In this document: piece by piece, positions 62,801-64,000 of the stretch
Layout of the letters: each line of letters opens with the position of its first letter
Numbering within the stretch: position 1 is the stretch's first letter
From: Antedon mediterranea
Taxonomy: Eukaryota > Animalia > Echinodermata
Length of the DNA: 64,000 bases
Direction: 5' to 3'
Assembly: GCF_964355755.1 (NCBI RefSeq)
Contig: NC_092675.1
Coordinates: 2,351,812-2,415,811, forward strand
Translations under genes and position numbers: made by a program
Notes under the pieces: model-generated
What the model was told of the DNA's origin: nothing
Database searches by the model: none
Seen by the model: only the letters and a program-made list of their open reading frames with translations

Positions 62801-64000
62801 TTACACCGTGGAACAGTGGCCTACATTGATTAGACCTACAATACTAAAGATATTTATTTTATTTTTGCAATTGATTGAAGTTTTATAACAGAAAGAAGAA
62901 AATGTATTAAAATTGGTGGATGTATAATCCAGCTTGGTACCCACTTAAACGCAACTCAAGGGCGTGCGCGCAACACAATTGAGTTGGCCAATCACAATAG
63001 ACAATTCAAATACCTTGTGATTGGTCAAATTCCTTGTTTTGCGCTTAAGTATTGGCGTTGCGTCCAGGTGGAACTAAGATCCGAGACCGAAGCAACTTAC
63101 CGGAAAAGAACAGTGCGTAAAGCGCAATTATCTTGTGCATTGCCAACGCTGAATCGAACGGAATGAATCGGTGCAAAAACGTCTCTCTGAGCCTTGTAAT
63201 CAAGTTACGGCACATGGTGACAAGTAGGGACGAAAAGGTAAACATCATTGCACTTGCAGCTCCACGAGTCACAGTGACACCATAACCAGCAATACGACGC
63301 AATCCAGCAAATTCACGTTCAATCGAATAATCTATGAGGGAAATTGCAACATTTATAATAAAACCATTGACTCACACAATATAGTATAGTACTGTTTTAT
63401 ACATAGGCCTACAACTGCTATCAAAATAATGTTAATTATACTTACAGTAGGCTCGTTCGGCAAAGACTGCAGCTAGGACCAATGTGTATAGAACCAACCA
63501 GAAGATCTTCAGTCTTTCGTTTTCAATGAAGCGCTTCAATTGTCCAAATACCTTTTCAGAATCGGTCTTAGGGTAGGCTGCTTGTACAGTCTCAATCTGT
63601 ACTGAGCGAGTCTGTCGACGTTGGATTCCTCCCTTAACGCCACCTCCCTTATTGCCGCTACCCTCTCCTTGTCCTTTATTACTGTAATTAGATAAGTCGA
63701 TAAAGTGTAGTTGATATAACAAATTGTGAGTAAAATCCATTGTGTTTTGTATTAATATCTGAAGGCACAATAGCGGCGAACGTATTATGATGTGGATTTA
63801 GAAATATTTTGAGAAAAGAGACGCATTAAAATCGTATGTGGTATGTCTACTATGTTATTACTTACGCATAGGCTCTGATGATCGTTTTCTTAGCTCGAGA
63901 TGGTGCGTTGCCACGGTGAATAACAGTTCCACGAGGGGCATGGGTTTTGGTCTCTTGTTGAACGGGTGCCGCTTCTTGACCCTGAATTTGTAAAGAGGCG
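59834..64000 (-). CDS. DUOX: Dual oxidase paralogue C, 3' part only (NADPH-oxidase half); gene continues beyond the window
   Basis: Exons 63866->~64000, 63446-63681, 63101-63331, 62530-62673, 62070-62351, 61655-61884, 61336-61494, 60917-61072, 60633-60761, 59834-59956. Motifs: [60 protein letters not shown]. Intron positions match A and B; the peroxidase half is inferred, not seen. Confidence 0.92.
60068..60552. repeat. 19-20-bp minisatellite (GAGAAAGAGCAAAG(A/C)GTTGC)n, ~24 copies, in the last intron of DUOX-C
   Basis: Directly visible; explains the overlapping repetitive ORFs on both strands. Confidence 0.97.
62931..63078. mobile_element. MITE family 2-related, diverged copy
   Basis: AGCTTGGTACCCACT..ACGCAA..GGCCAATCACAA / TTGTGATTGGTC..TTGCGT..GTGGAACTAAG. 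Confidence 0.6.

Overview
AT-rich, intron-rich animal (invertebrate) genomic DNA, not prokaryotic. The + strand (378-15666) holds 16 coding exons of a CEP120 orthologue; its first exon lies before the window. The - strand holds three tandem dual oxidase (DUOX) genes. DUOX-A (33127-18229) has 30 phase-compatible exons and about 1570 aa by my manual assembly. DUOX-B (>=53768-38543) has an unresolved start. DUOX-C (>64000-59834) is present only as its 3' end. All three keep the four membrane haem histidines and the FAD/NADPH motifs. Most interesting: DUOX-B appears to carry a complete LDL-receptor class A module spliced in frame in front of its peroxidase-homology domain. DUOX-A has lost key Ca2+ ligands in both EF-hands, has an altered peroxidase pocket and a Ser/Pro-rich loop insertion. 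Introns hold two truncated CR1/L2-group LINEs, a tRNA-derived SINE, several MITE families, a Helentron-like element, minisatellites and a ~40-bp 28S rRNA fragment. All gene models were read by eye from splice signals and recalled family motifs; no searches were run.
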